From an uncultured delta proteobacterium (GTDB lineage: Bacteria; Myxococcota_A; Polyangia; Polyangiales; Polyangiaceae), in NCBI GenBank assembly GCA_963850305.1, contig CAWKKR010000011.1, positions 64,001 to 128,000 of the forward strand: 64,000 bases of DNA, given 5' to 3'. The position numbers and the translations under genes are program-made. How positions within the stretch are numbered: the first letter of the stretch is position 1; each line of letters begins with the position of its first letter. The notes beneath the pieces are model-generated. The model had not been told where the DNA came from. It saw nothing but the letters and a program-made list of their open reading frames with translations, and searched no databases. Positions 1-14,711 of this stretch are shown here, one piece after another.

Positions 1-529
1 CGTCAGCCTGGCGTCCGTCGCGATGGAGCAGACCATCGGATTCTATTTCCAGGATCGACTGCACTTGTCACCGCGCGGCACGGCGGAAGCCGTGGGCATT
101 GCCCTGGTCTCGTACGGCGTCGTCGCTGTCCTCGCTCAGGGGTTCATCGTCCGGAGATTCAAATGGTCCCCGCTGCGTTTGCTGGGGCGCGGGTTACCGT
201 GCGCGCTCGCCGGCTTCGTAGGACTCATCGTGGCCCACACCATGTTGGGACTGACGCTTGCCCTGACGATTCAAGGGTTTGGTCAGGGACTGGCCGCGCC
301 CGGAGTTACGGCGGCGATCTCGCTCGGTGCGACCGAAGATGAGCAAGGCGCAGTGGCGGGACTGAACGGCTCCGCGCAAGCACTGGGACGCCTGCTCGGC
401 CCCGTGGTGGGGACCGGCCTTTACCAGATTCGACCGGAGTACCCGTATGGTTTCAGCGCCGGACTGCTGGTCCTCGTGCTGCTCGTCCTCGGATTCAGCC
501 CGCGGTTGCGCGGCGCCGTGGGCTCGTAA
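1..529 (+). CDS. MFS transporter, C-terminal part (5' truncated by window edge)
   Basis: Multiple hydrophobic helices; 'EQGAVAGLNGSAQALGRLLGPVVG' is typical of TetA/DHA1-type MFS C-halves. Confidence 0.8.
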   Translation, partial: VSLASVAMEQTIGFYFQDRLHLSPRGTAEAVGIALVSYGVVAVLAQGFIVRRFKWSPLRLLGRGLPCALAGFVGLIVAHTMLGLTLALTIQGFGQGLAAPGVTAAISLGATEDEQGAVAGLNGSAQALGRLLGPVVGTGLYQIRPEYPYGFSAGLLVLVLLVLGFSPRLRGAVGS

Positions 530-639
530 CCAGGCGCCGTTCATCGACAAAGGCGGGACGAAGCAAAGCCATCATGCGGGAGGCCGCACCGGGATGAGTG
601 AAACCGCTAAGTCCAGCCAATTCACGGCCCGCGCGCGGA

Positions 640-711
640 GCGAGCCCGCCGAAGGCGGTGGGGGGGAGCGGTCGCGAAAGCGAGCCGGGGGGCAAGGCCG
701 CAAGGCCCCCC
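640..711 (+). repeat. REP-like GAA-hairpin repeat, single copy
   Basis: gcgagcccgccgaaggcgg..gggggagcggtcgcgaaagcgagcc matches the copies near 9845, 10000 and 25223-25496. Confidence 0.85.
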
Positions 712-929
712 TGAAACCCAATTCCACGCCGCGCACCGTCGTTTCTGGATAGCGAGAAGCCTGTGACGCTTGCGGTGTAGGGAAGTGTCGGGGCCCACGA
801 AGGGACAATCGCACGTTGACCCCGTGGTGCATCGCGAGCGTCGCGCGACGCTCGCGCAAAAAGAACATGACCGTCACCGGAGGCCGCCTTCCAGGAGGCG
901 GATCGTGCGACTATCGTCGGAGGGAATCC

Positions 930-5183
<4,254 letters not shown>

Positions 5184-5187
<4 letters not shown>

Positions 5188-8100
5188 ACACCACCTTGGT
5201 GGGCAGACTCCTCGGCTTGGCCTTGATCGTATCCTCCGCGTTCGGTGCGGCGGGCTGCACCACGAGCTCGTTCTGTTTCGCCAACTGCGATGGCCAGGGT
5301 GCGGGTGGCGCGGGCGGCGGGAACAACCAGGGCGGCCAAGCCGGCGTGGTGATCAGCGTGGGGACCGGAGGAGAGGTCATCAAGCTGACGGAGGGCGGGA
5401 CCAGCACGAGCTGCGGCACGGTCGAGATCCCGTGCAACGGGATCGACGACAACTGCAACGGGCAGGTCGACGAAGGCACGGACTACACCGATCCGAGTCA
5501 ATGCGGCACGTGCGCGAACAACTGCCGCGCCTTGCTATCGAACGTGGTTCAGACCTCCATCACGTGCACGCCGCCGCCCGCCGCAGAGCTCGGGACCGTC
5601 GCGGGCATTTGCAATTTCACGCAATGCGCGCAGGACTTCTACAACATCGACGGGAATGCGACGAACGGGTGCGAGTACTACTGTCCGTACGACCCGGACG
5701 GCGGCGTCACGATCGACATCAACAACCACGGGCACTGCGGGATCGACGACAACTGCAACGGCAAGATCGACGAGAATCTCGACACCTGCACGGACCCCAA
5801 CAACTGCGGCGCCTGCGGGAACTCGTGCGTGGTTCCGAACGGCACGGCCAAATGCGTGTCGACCGCGGCTCCGGGCGCAGCCTGCACGAAGGACAACACG
5901 TCATGCCAGGTCGACAAGTGCGACCCCGGCTGGTGGGCGCTCCCGGGCGGTGAGGGGTGCTGGTACCAGTGCACGCCGACGAATAACGGCGTCGAGATCT
6001 GCGATGGCCTCGACAACGACTGCGACAACAAGATCGACGACGCCGACCCCGATCTCCAGACGGGCGACCCGGCCATCGGGCAGAGCTGTCAGGGCGGGGC
6101 CGACGGCATCTGTGCCAATCCGGCCAACGCGGGCGTCAACAAGTGCATCCTGGGGGCGATCGCCTGCTGCGATGTCGACTCGAACAACACTCCGGCGCAG
6201 GACCCGAACCTGCCGGCCACAGGCCTCCTGAACGGCGAGTGTCACGGCACCGTCGGACCATTCGTGATTCATCCCGGCAGTGACCAGGAGACATGCAACG
6301 GCCTCGACGACGACTGCGACGGCACGGTCGACGACAACGTCGTCGACGTCGGCCAAGCCTGCGGTAGCTCCGTCGGCATCTGCAACAAGGGCGTCAATAT
6401 TTGCGTCAATGGTGCGCCCGTCTGCAACGGCGCCACGATGCCGTCGGCGACCGACCCGTGCAACGGCGTGGATGACAACTGCGACGGGGTCATCGACGGC
6501 ATCGTTCCCGCCAGCGGTGCCGTCGCTTGCACGTCCAACGCGAACTGCACGGGCGGCACCATCTGCATGGTCCGCTCGAGCGCCTCGGACAAGGTCTGTG
6601 CAACGCCGGACCCGGAAGTGGGTCAGGCATGCGATCCGCCGCCGACCGCACCCTGCGTGAACGCGTCGGGACAGCAGGTAGATTGTGGAACGGCCGGAGC
6701 GACTCCCGTTCCGCAGCCGTGCAAGGCCGGCACCTGGACGTGCGCCGGAGAGCTCGTGTGCACGGGCGCCGTAGGCAAGACCAGCTCGACCGATGCGTGC
6801 GGCGTGGACTCGAACTGCGACGGGCGCCTCGACGCACAACCCGATCTCCAGAACGACGTCGCAAACTGCGGCGCCTGCGGGCACAACTGCAACGTCGCGG
6901 GGGCACACGAGAACTTCACCTGCGTGAAGGGTGTCTGCACGGTCGGGGCACAAAAGTGCGTCGCCGGATACATCGACTGCGACAGCAACCCGAACGACTG
7001 CGAGCGCGCTTGCACGCCGAACGGCGCCGAGCTGTGCAACGGCGTGGACGACGACTGCAACTGCAAGATCGACGACGGCATCGTCCCACCGGCACCCTCA
7101 CAGGTGTGCGGCGTCTCGCCGAGCGCGTCCGATCCGAACTGCGGTGCCGGCGCAGTTCACGTCGCCTGCACCGGCGGCGCGTGGGGTTGCACTTTCCCGT
7201 CGGGTTATTGCAACCAGGGGACGCCCCCGAGCTGCTCGACGACGGCCGACGTTTGCGACGGCAAGGACAACAACTGCAACGGCGCGACGGACGAAAACCA
7301 GAAGTTGCCGGTTCTGACCACGGGCTACCTCGGAGAGGCGTGCGCGAGCGACGACGGTAAAGCCGCGCCTGGAGACGGCGCGTGCCGCGGCACGGGCGTT
7401 TACGTCTGCAACGGCACGAGCGCGACCAAGTGCAACGCCGTGCGAAACACCAGCGCCGCGAGCCAGGAAGTCTGCGACGGCGTGGACAACGATTGTGACG
7501 GGCTGGTCGACGAGACCTTCAACAACCCCGGGACGAACGCATTCTTCGTCAAACCGGCGGTCGTGAAGGTGAACTCGACGACGTGGATGTACCAATACGA
7601 AGCTAGCCGGCCGAATGCGACCGGATCGGCGCCGGGCACCGGCGACGGTTACTGGTGCACGGGGAGTGGTTGCGCGTCGGGCATCCCGGCCGCGCCCTCG
7701 GGCGTGACACTCGACAAGACTCCCGCTTGCTCGGCCGCCTCGAAGATCCCGTGGTTCAACGTGACGCCCGCCGAGGTCGAGGAAACGTGCAACGCGATGG
7801 GCGGTACCGCGTGCCCCACGAGCGTGTTCACGACGGCGTGCCAGTCGAGCACCGGATCGTGTTCCTGGGGGTACTCGACGGCTTGCACGACGAGCCCCGC
7901 TACGCTCACCGCGGGCGATGGCACCGTCTACTACGACACCAGCAAGACGCCATTCTGCAACCTCGGTCCGTACGACTTCGACGGTACGCCCGGGGCGCCG
8001 AACTCCGACGGCCTTCTGCCGACGGGCGGCGGCGGGATCCTCAAGGGCTGTTATGCGCCGTTCGGCGGCGGTGCCTCGACGAGCCTCTTCGACATTACCG

Positions 8101-8288
8101 GCAACCTGCGCGAGATCACGAAGACCGGCAGCGGCGGGAGCGCAACTTACCCGGTGATGGGTGGCGCGTTCGATACACAGGTGGACACCGGTGCGGCGTG
8201 TACATTCACCTTCTACACGGTGGCGTCGACGTTCAGCCTCTACGACACCGGGTTCCGGTGCTGCTTCACGAGCGATCCGACTCAGTAG
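5184..8288 (+). CDS. Cys-rich repeat lipoprotein with C-terminal FGE-sulfatase-like (C-type lectin fold) domain
   Basis: Lipobox AAGC; CNG.DD.C repeats; C-terminal 'MYQYEAS..DITGNLREIT..GGAF..DTGFRCC'; ATGA overlap with the upstream gene. Confidence 0.85.
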
Positions 8289-8365
8289 ATGCCCATCGGC
8301 GAGAGCGCCTTCCCCGAAGCATGAAGCTCGGGTCGTCGCGTGGACGGTGGAGTCGAGTGTATCCT

Positions 8366-8530
8366 GCCGCGGCGTCGGGAACGAGGTCGGCCGTGACTTG
8401 GTGCCAAGAACCCGTTCAGTAGATGGACCCGGAGCCCTGCGAGCACCCCGAATTGTGACCGCGGGTCGAAAGATCCGGGAGCACGCCTAGTAGACTTCGA
8501 TGACGAGGGCTCCTCTCGACGCGCCGAAAG
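8366..8530 (+). ncRNA. Putative IS110 bridge RNA (ends approximate)
   Basis: Stem-bounded loops contain TCAGTAG (8416-8422, matches the target flank) and CCTAGTAGA (8486-8494, matches the predicted circle junction). Confidence 0.6.
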
Positions 8531-8536
8531 GAGGAG

Positions 8537-9769
8537 ATGGTCATGGAAGTCATGTATCCCCGTTGCGCGGGCCTCGACGTCCACAAGGATAGCGTCGTTG
8601 CCTGCGTGCGCTGCGTCAGCGAACCAACGCGGCGCGAGGTCCGAACGTTCGGCACGACCACACGTAGCCTCTTCGAGCTGGCGGAATGGCTCGAGGAGCA
8701 CGGCGTGACCCACGTGGCGATGGAGGCCACCGGCGTGTACTGGAAGCCGGTCTGGCACATGCTCGAAGGGAGCTTCGAACTCGTGCTCGCGAACGCCCAG
8801 CACATTCGCAACGTGCCAGGGCGCAAGACCGACGTGAACGACGCGACGTGGATCGCCGATCTGCTCGCGCACGGGCTGATCCGCAGCAGTTTCGTGCCTC
8901 CTGCGCGAATCCAGGAGCTGCGCGATCTCACTCGAACGCGCAAGCAGCTCGTGCGAGAAATCGCCCAGCACACGCTGCGCATACAGAAAACGCTCGAGGA
9001 CTCGAACATCAAGGTCGCGAGCGTCCTGTCCAGCGTGCTCGGGACCAGCGGCCGGGCGATGCTCGCCGCTCTCATCGCCGGAGAAGATGACCCCGAGCGC
9101 CTTGCCGATCTCGAGGTCGGTACCGCGCGCAAGAAGAGGGCCGACTTGATCGAAGCGCTGCGCGGGCGGGTTACCCCTCATCACCGAGCCATGCTGAAGC
9201 TGCATCTCGGCGTCATCGGCTCGCTCGAAGGGGCCCTGGCCGAGATCGATGCAGCTGCGGGAAAAGCGCTGGAGCCGATCCGGGCGCACGCCGAGATCCT
9301 GACGACGATGCCGGGAGTGAGTGACATCGTCGCGAACGTGATCGTGGCGGAGATCGGCGTCGACATGTCGCGCTTCCCGTCTGCGGGACACCTCGTGTCC
9401 TGGGCCGGCCTCTGCCCCCGCAACGACGAGAGCGCCGGCAAGCGTCGCTCGACGCGCGTCCGCAAGAGCGCCAACTGGCTCAAGACGACGCTCGTCACAT
9501 CCGCCTGGGCCGCGGTGCGCACGAAGGAAAGCTACCTTCGAGCCCAGTTTCTCCGGCTCAAGTCCCGCCGTGGAGCAAAGAAGGCGATCTTGGCCGTCGC
9601 CGCATCGATGCTCACCGCCGCCTTCTACATGCTCCGCGACGGCACTCCCTACCGCGACCTCGGACCCCATCACTTCGACCGCCGCGACCAGAGCAAGACC
9701 ATCAAACGCCTCGTCCGCCGCTTGACCGACCTCGGCTGCGAAGTCGAGATCAAACCTCATGCGGCGTAG
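8537..9769 (+). CDS. IS110 family transposase/recombinase (DEDD RuvC-like + Tnp20)
   Basis: GLDVHKD, MEATGVYW, KTDVND, PGVS, WAGLCPRNDESAGK motifs; RBS aggagg. Confidence 0.97.
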   Translation: MVMEVMYPRCAGLDVHKDSVVACVRCVSEPTRREVRTFGTTTRSLFELAEWLEEHGVTHVAMEATGVYWKPVWHMLEGSFELVLANAQHIRNVPGRKTDVNDATWIADLLAHGLIRSSFVPPARIQELRDLTRTRKQLVREIAQHTLRIQKTLEDSNIKVASVLSSVLGTSGRAMLAALIAGEDDPERLADLEVGTARKKRADLIEALRGRVTPHHRAMLKLHLGVIGSLEGALAEIDAAAGKALEPIRAHAEILTTMPGVSDIVANVIVAEIGVDMSRFPSAGHLVSWAGLCPRNDESAGKRRSTRVRKSANWLKTTLVTSAWAAVRTKESYLRAQFLRLKSRRGAKKAILAVAASMLTAAFYMLRDGTPYRDLGPHHFDRRDQSKTIKRLVRRLTDLGCEVEIKPHAA

Positions 9770-9778
9770 AGCTTCCTA

Positions 9779-10067
9779 GTAGTTCCGCACCGACGAGCAC
9801 CGTCGTCCCCGAGGGATCAAAGAGCTGCGGAACTACGCGAGCGCAGCGAGCGCGCCGAAGGCGGCGGGGGAGCGGTCGCGGAGCGAGCCGCGGGGGCAAG
9901 GCTCCCTTTGTCAATAGTAGCGCAGCGAGTACCGGGGGGAGGGGTTGCGTAGCAAGCCCCGGGGGGCGGGCAACGCCTGGAAGGCCCCCCTTGAGCAAAG
10001 CGAGCCCGCCGAAGGCGGCGGGGGGAGCGGTTGCGAAGCAAGTCGCGGGGGCCAAAGGTCCCCTTTT
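9779..10067 (+). repeat. REP/REPIN-like cluster: GTAG..CTAC inverted repeat followed by two full and one degenerate GAA-hairpin units
   Basis: gtagttccgca (9779-9789) / tgcggaactac (9826-9836) perfect 11-bp IR; units at about 9846-9908 and 10000-10066 match the 70-bp repeat. Confidence 0.8.
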
Positions 10068-10068
10068 G

Positions 10069-11067
10069 TCAGTGACGCTCAGGAGCGCCCGAGGCTTTCG
10101 ACCCGACACGGCGGCGGAACGCCTTCGTCGCCGGAGCGGTGTTCCGGGTGCGAGCACCAGCGCACTCACGGCGCGCCTCCGCGAGCCGCGCCGTGAGGTG
10201 CTCGACGAGAAAGTCCCGGAGCAGCGCCACACGCGAAGGGACGTGGACCGACGTCGGCAGGACGACGTGCACACCCCCACCCTCGAACGTGTATCCGCCC
10301 AGCACCAGCTCGAGTTCGTCGCGGCGAACGAACTCGCGCGCCAGCGCCACCGGAAGCAGGGCGATGCCCGCGCCGGCCGCCGCCAACCGGCCGACGAATT
10401 CCATCTCGTCAGCCGAGACCCTGCTCGAAACCTCAATCGACTCATCGCCGTTCGGTCCGCTCATGGTCCACGTCGCCCGTCCGCCGCGGCCGCGAAACAG
10501 GACGCACCCGTGGTGACGAAGGTCCGCGAGTTTCTCGGGGCGACCGCGCCGTCCGAGGTACGACGGTGCTCCGAACAGCGCCATGCTCGCCGCTCCAATC
10601 CGGCGTGCGACCAGCGAAGAGTCCACCAGTTTACCGGCACGAATCGCGAGGTCGACCCCCTCCGAAATGAGGTCCACGTTCCGCGCGGTGAGGATGAGCT
10701 CCACCTGAATCTTCGGGTACCGCGTAAGGAATTGGGCCACGATCTCGGGCAAGCCGAGCGACTGCGAGTCGGGGGGGCCGGTGAGGCGGACGGTGCCCCT
10801 CGGCTCGGAGCCATCCTCCTTCGCTGCATTCGCGGCGTCATCGACGTCCGCTACGGCCCGGCGCACGCGCTCGAAGAACGCCTGCCCGGCGTCGGTCGTC
10901 GCGAGCCGTCGGGTCGATCTGTGAAGGAGCCGGACGCCGAGAGATTCCTCGAGCCGCGCCACGCCACGACTCACCGACGACTTCTGGACGCCGAGCTTTT
11001 CTGCGACAGCGGTGAAGCTTCCCAGTTGCACGACTTGAACGAACAGGGAGACGTCGTTGTAGTCCAC
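10069..11067 (-). CDS. LysR-family transcriptional regulator (CrgA/DmlR-like)
   Basis: HTH 'FVQVVQLGSFTAVAEKLGVQKSSVSRGVARLEESLGVRLLHRSTR'; 'VDLISEGVDLAIR'; GTG start inferred. Confidence 0.93.
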   Translation of the reverse strand: MDYNDVSLFVQVVQLGSFTAVAEKLGVQKSSVSRGVARLEESLGVRLLHRSTRRLATTDAGQAFFERVRRAVADVDDAANAAKEDGSEPRGTVRLTGPPDSQSLGLPEIVAQFLTRYPKIQVELILTARNVDLISEGVDLAIRAGKLVDSSLVARRIGAASMALFGAPSYLGRRGRPEKLADLRHHGCVLFRGRGGRATWTMSGPNGDESIEVSSRVSADEMEFVGRLAAAGAGIALLPVALAREFVRRDELELVLGGYTFEGGGVHVVLPTSVHVPSRVALLRDFLVEHLTARLAEARRECAGARTRNTAPATKAFRRRVGSKASGAPERH

Positions 11068-11157
11068 TGTTGCGAAAATAACATCAATGTGTTTCTTTTC
11101 AACCAGCTTGTTCGACATTTTGCAACGACCCATGTTCCCGCCGAAGGGAAGGTCACC

Positions 11158-11604
11158 ATGACTCGAAACAAGCTCACCTCTGGCGTTCGCATACTGCTCG
11201 GAACCGCTTTCTTCGTCTTCGGACTCAACGGATTCCTCCACTTCATCCCGATGCCTCCACCGCCGCCCCGGGCGGGAGCGTTCTTCGGTGCCCTGCTGGC
11301 CACCGGGTACATGTTTCCCCTCATCAAGGGAACGGAAGTGGCCATGAGCACCCTGCTCCTTGCGAACCGGTTCGTGCCGCTCGCACTGACGATTCTCGCG
11401 CCTGTACTGGTGAACATCCTGGCGTTCCACCTGTTCCTGGCGCCCGCGGCATTGCCGCTTCCGCTGTTGCTGCTCGCTGCGGAGCTGTTCCTGGCTTACC
11501 GCTATCGCAGTGCCTTCGCGCCAATGCTCGCGGCGCGTGTGGACGCGACCTCCGAGCACCCGGCGGCGCGGAGTGTCCGCGGGGAGCTGCATCCGGCTTC
11601 GTGA
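11158..11604 (+). CDS. DoxX-family membrane protein
   Basis: 'RILLG..FFVFGLNGFLHF..TGYMFPLIKGTE..NILAFH'; divergent from the LysR gene. Confidence 0.8.
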   Translation: MTRNKLTSGVRILLGTAFFVFGLNGFLHFIPMPPPPPRAGAFFGALLATGYMFPLIKGTEVAMSTLLLANRFVPLALTILAPVLVNILAFHLFLAPAALPLPLLLLAAELFLAYRYRSAFAPMLAARVDATSEHPAARSVRGELHPAS

Positions 11605-11621
11605 GCGTTACCCCGTGCGTG

Positions 11622-11653
11622 AGCCGCGGTGCCCGTGACGGGACACCGCGGCT
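11622..11653. terminator. GC-rich hairpin between convergent genes
   Basis: agccgcggtg ... caccgcggct inverted repeat; no clear U-tract. Confidence 0.5.
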
Positions 11654-11692
11654 TCCACGTTCTCACGTGAACCGGGCGTTCTCCGGCAAAAA

Positions 11693-13432
11693 TCAGAATT
11701 CGGCAGGATCCGTGTAGGTCCCGAACACGTCTCGGAGGACGTCACAGATCTCCTGCTGCGTCGCGTACGCTTTCGCAGCCACGATTATCGACGGTACGAG
11801 GTTCCGCTGCTCCGTCGCTTCGCGGCGCACGCTCTCGAGAGCAGCCATGACGGCCGGACCCGATCTCCCGGCCTTGACGCGACGGAGGTTCTCCACCTGC
11901 TCTTTCTGAACGGCCTCGTCGATCTTCAGCGTCGGGATGTGTCCGCCGGCTTCTCGCTCGTGTCGGAAACGATTCACGCCCACGACGACTCGCTCGCCGG
12001 CGTTGATGAGGCGCTCGAGCTCGTAGGCGCTTCGAGCGATTTCACGCTGCGGATAGCCGCTCTCGATGGCGCGGAGCATGCCGCCCATGCCGTCGATCCG
12101 GCGGATGTACTCGTCCGCCCGTCGCTCCAGCTCGTCCGTGAGCGACTCGAGGTAGTAGCTGCCGCCCAGCGGATCGACGGTGTTCGCGACGCCGGTCTCG
12201 TGCGCGACGATCTGCTGCGTGCGGAGCGCGATAGTCACGGCCTCCTCGGTCGGCAGCGCATACGTCTCGTCGAGCGAGTTCGTGTGGAGAGACTGCGCAC
12301 CGCCAAGCACCGCGGCGAGAGCCTGGATCGCGACGCGTGCGACGTTGTTGTAGGGCTGCTCCGCGGTCAGAGAGACGCCAGCCGTCTGCGCGTGCGTCCT
12401 GAGCTTCAGACTGTTCGCGCTCTTCGCGCCGAACCTCTCTTTCATGAATCTCGCCCACATCCGACGCGCGGCGCGAAACTTCGCGATCTCTTCGAAGAAG
12501 TCGTTGTGCACATCGAAGAAGAAGCTCAGCCGCGGCGCGAACGCATCGACATCGAGCCCCCTCGCGACGCCCGCTTCCACGTAGGCGAGGCCGTCGGCGA
12601 GCGTGAACGCGAGCTCCTGCACGGCCGTCGCCCCCGCTTCGCGAATGTGATAGCCGCTGATGGAGACCGGGTTCCAGCGGGGCGTCTCGTGCGTCGAGAA
12701 CTCGATCGTATCGGTCACGAGGCGCATCGCCGGCGCGGGTGGCACGAGCCACGCGTGCTGCGCGATGAATTCCTTCAAGCAATCGTTCTGCGTCGTACCG
12801 CCGAGGGCGCTCCGCGGGACTCCGCGGAGGTCGGCGAGCGCCACGTAGAACGCGAAGAGCACGATCGCCGGGCCGTTGATGGTCATCGACGTCGTGATCT
12901 CGTCGAGCGGGATCCCCGAGAAAAGCACGTCCATGTCGCGCAGCGTGTCGATTGCGACGCCGCACATCCCCACCTCGCCGAGCGAGCGCGGAGAATCCGA
13001 GTCGTAGCCCATGAGCGTCGGAAAATCGAAGGCCGTGGAGAGCCCGGTCTGGCCTTCGCCGACGAGGAAGCGAAAACGCGCATTCGTCTGCTCCGGGGTT
13101 CCGAACCCGGCGAACATGCGCATCGTCCAGAGCCTTCCCCGGTACATGTTCGGCTGGACGCCTCGCGTGAAGGGGTACTGCCCCGGGAGGCCGAGCTTCT
13201 CGCGGTACCGGAGCTCGTGCTCCGCCGGTGTCACGACGTCCGGCACGGGAACCCCGCTCCACGTCTCGAACGACGAGGAGCGGGGCTTCATCCGTTCGTT
13301 CGCCTGCGCCAGCAATCCCCGCCGCCATTCCTCCACGTCGCGACGGATCGCATCGATCTCGGAGCCCGCGAGCGCCGGCATCTCGCCATTCGAAGTGAAC
13401 TCCGGTTCTTCGGCGATCGAGCTCCGCGGCAT
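11693..13432 (-). CDS. Methylmalonyl-CoA mutase family, large (substrate-binding) subunit
   Basis: [47 protein letters not shown]; lacks the DxHxxG B12 domain. Confidence 0.95.
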   Translation of the reverse strand: MPRSSIAEEPEFTSNGEMPALAGSEIDAIRRDVEEWRRGLLAQANERMKPRSSSFETWSGVPVPDVVTPAEHELRYREKLGLPGQYPFTRGVQPNMYRGRLWTMRMFAGFGTPEQTNARFRFLVGEGQTGLSTAFDFPTLMGYDSDSPRSLGEVGMCGVAIDTLRDMDVLFSGIPLDEITTSMTINGPAIVLFAFYVALADLRGVPRSALGGTTQNDCLKEFIAQHAWLVPPAPAMRLVTDTIEFSTHETPRWNPVSISGYHIREAGATAVQELAFTLADGLAYVEAGVARGLDVDAFAPRLSFFFDVHNDFFEEIAKFRAARRMWARFMKERFGAKSANSLKLRTHAQTAGVSLTAEQPYNNVARVAIQALAAVLGGAQSLHTNSLDETYALPTEEAVTIALRTQQIVAHETGVANTVDPLGGSYYLESLTDELERRADEYIRRIDGMGGMLRAIESGYPQREIARSAYELERLINAGERVVVGVNRFRHEREAGGHIPTLKIDEAVQKEQVENLRRVKAGRSGPAVMAALESVRREATEQRNLVPSIIVAAKAYATQQEICDVLRDVFGTYTDPAEF

Positions 13433-13440
13433 GGGCTAGT

Positions 13441-14574
13441 TTACCCCGAGAAGCCCAGGAAGAGCTCGCGGGCACTTTTTCTCGGAAACTCGACGAACCG
13501 GTACGTGAGAGCGGACACGAGGAAGATCAGAACGAGCCGGACGACGGTGTAGCGGAGGCTCATCGTCGGATCTTCGAACGGATGCATCCCGAGGAGATGC
13601 CACAGGTAGAGCGAGTAACACATCGCGCCTGCGAGCTGCACGGGCGCAAGCGTGAACACGAACCGTATTGCGCGCGGAACGCCTCCGAGAAGTCCGAGCA
13701 ACAGAAGCGCGAAGCCGACCAGCAGGACGTCATTTAGCTCCGCGGAGACGACGAACGGCAATCGCGCGGCGAGAACATTGTCCCATGCGAGCGAGGCGAA
13801 CGTCAGGAGCGCCGCACCCGCGACGAATGCGCACGTCGACGTCGCGCGCGAAGCTAGAGGGCGCCGCACGTAGACCCCACAAATGGCCATACCAACGACG
13901 AAGTCATCGAGCCGACCGAAAGGTCCGTTTGCGGCGGGCAGGAGAAACGTAGGTTCCCCGTTCCAGAGGGTCGCCGGGTGGTATCGGACCACGAAAGCGA
14001 CCGCCCCGACGGCGAGCGTCACCGGCAGCGCGCCAATCCGCCGAAACGCGATGAGCAGCAGCGGGAAGGCGACGGAAAACCAGAACTCGACGCCCAGCGA
14101 CCAGAGCACCGCGTTGCAATGGACGAAGAAGTGACGACCGCTGAACACGAATGTGAACGTCGCCACCGACAGGGCCTCCTCGAGGTACCTGCGAAGGTCG
14201 ACATCGAACCGCGTCTCGAAGAGCAACGCGACGGCGAGGCACAGGTAGTAGAGCGGCAATAGTCGCCGCGCGCGCCGGACGTAGAAGGACAGTACGTCGC
14301 GCGCCGACCGAACGTCGCGCTGCCCGAGCGTGTAAGGCAGCGCCAGCACGAAGCCGGAGAGCACGAAGAACAGATTGACCCCGAGCCAGCCGTTTTCGAA
14401 AAACGTGTAAGGCGAGGCGAGGTACGCGCCGACGGGCAGTCCGGCGTCCTCCAGCCCCGGCGTCAGGTGCTGGGTCAGGAGATGGAAATAGAGGACCCCG
14501 AGGATCGCAAAGCCGCGAAGGCCGTTGATCACGGCGAGCCGAGGCGCGGAATGGGAGTCGACGGCGGCGGCCAT
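13441..14574 (-). CDS. Acyltransferase 3 (OafA-like O-acyltransferase)
   Basis: GLRGFAIL..H, GVNLFFVLSGF, RRARRLLP, WSLGVEFWF, CYSLYLWH. Confidence 0.92.
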   Translation of the reverse strand: MAAAVDSHSAPRLAVINGLRGFAILGVLYFHLLTQHLTPGLEDAGLPVGAYLASPYTFFENGWLGVNLFFVLSGFVLALPYTLGQRDVRSARDVLSFYVRRARRLLPLYYLCLAVALLFETRFDVDLRRYLEEALSVATFTFVFSGRHFFVHCNAVLWSLGVEFWFSVAFPLLLIAFRRIGALPVTLAVGAVAFVVRYHPATLWNGEPTFLLPAANGPFGRLDDFVVGMAICGVYVRRPLASRATSTCAFVAGAALLTFASLAWDNVLAARLPFVVSAELNDVLLVGFALLLLGLLGGVPRAIRFVFTLAPVQLAGAMCYSLYLWHLLGMHPFEDPTMSLRYTVVRLVLIFLVSALTYRFVEFPRKSARELFLGFSG

Positions 14575-14711
14575 TCGCGCCCGAATCTATCAGCGGTCCA
14601 CGATTCCTCGGCGCATTCGATTGGCCCGGGAGGCCCGGACGCCCTTCCGCGAGCGCTCTTTCCGTTTTCGGGTAAACAATCCTCTCGGCCTTTTGCTAGG
14701 TTCCGCGCGCC

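Larger units (their letters stand above)
8289..9782 (+). mobile_element. IS110-family insertion sequence (long left non-coding end, very short right end)
   Basis: Contains the IS110 recombinase; AGTAG at both junctions (8284-8288, 9778-9782); no terminal inverted repeats. Confidence 0.85.

Noticed and set aside
7570..8288. FGE/C-lectin domain as a DGR target
   Set aside because: No second copy (template repeat) or RT seen in the window
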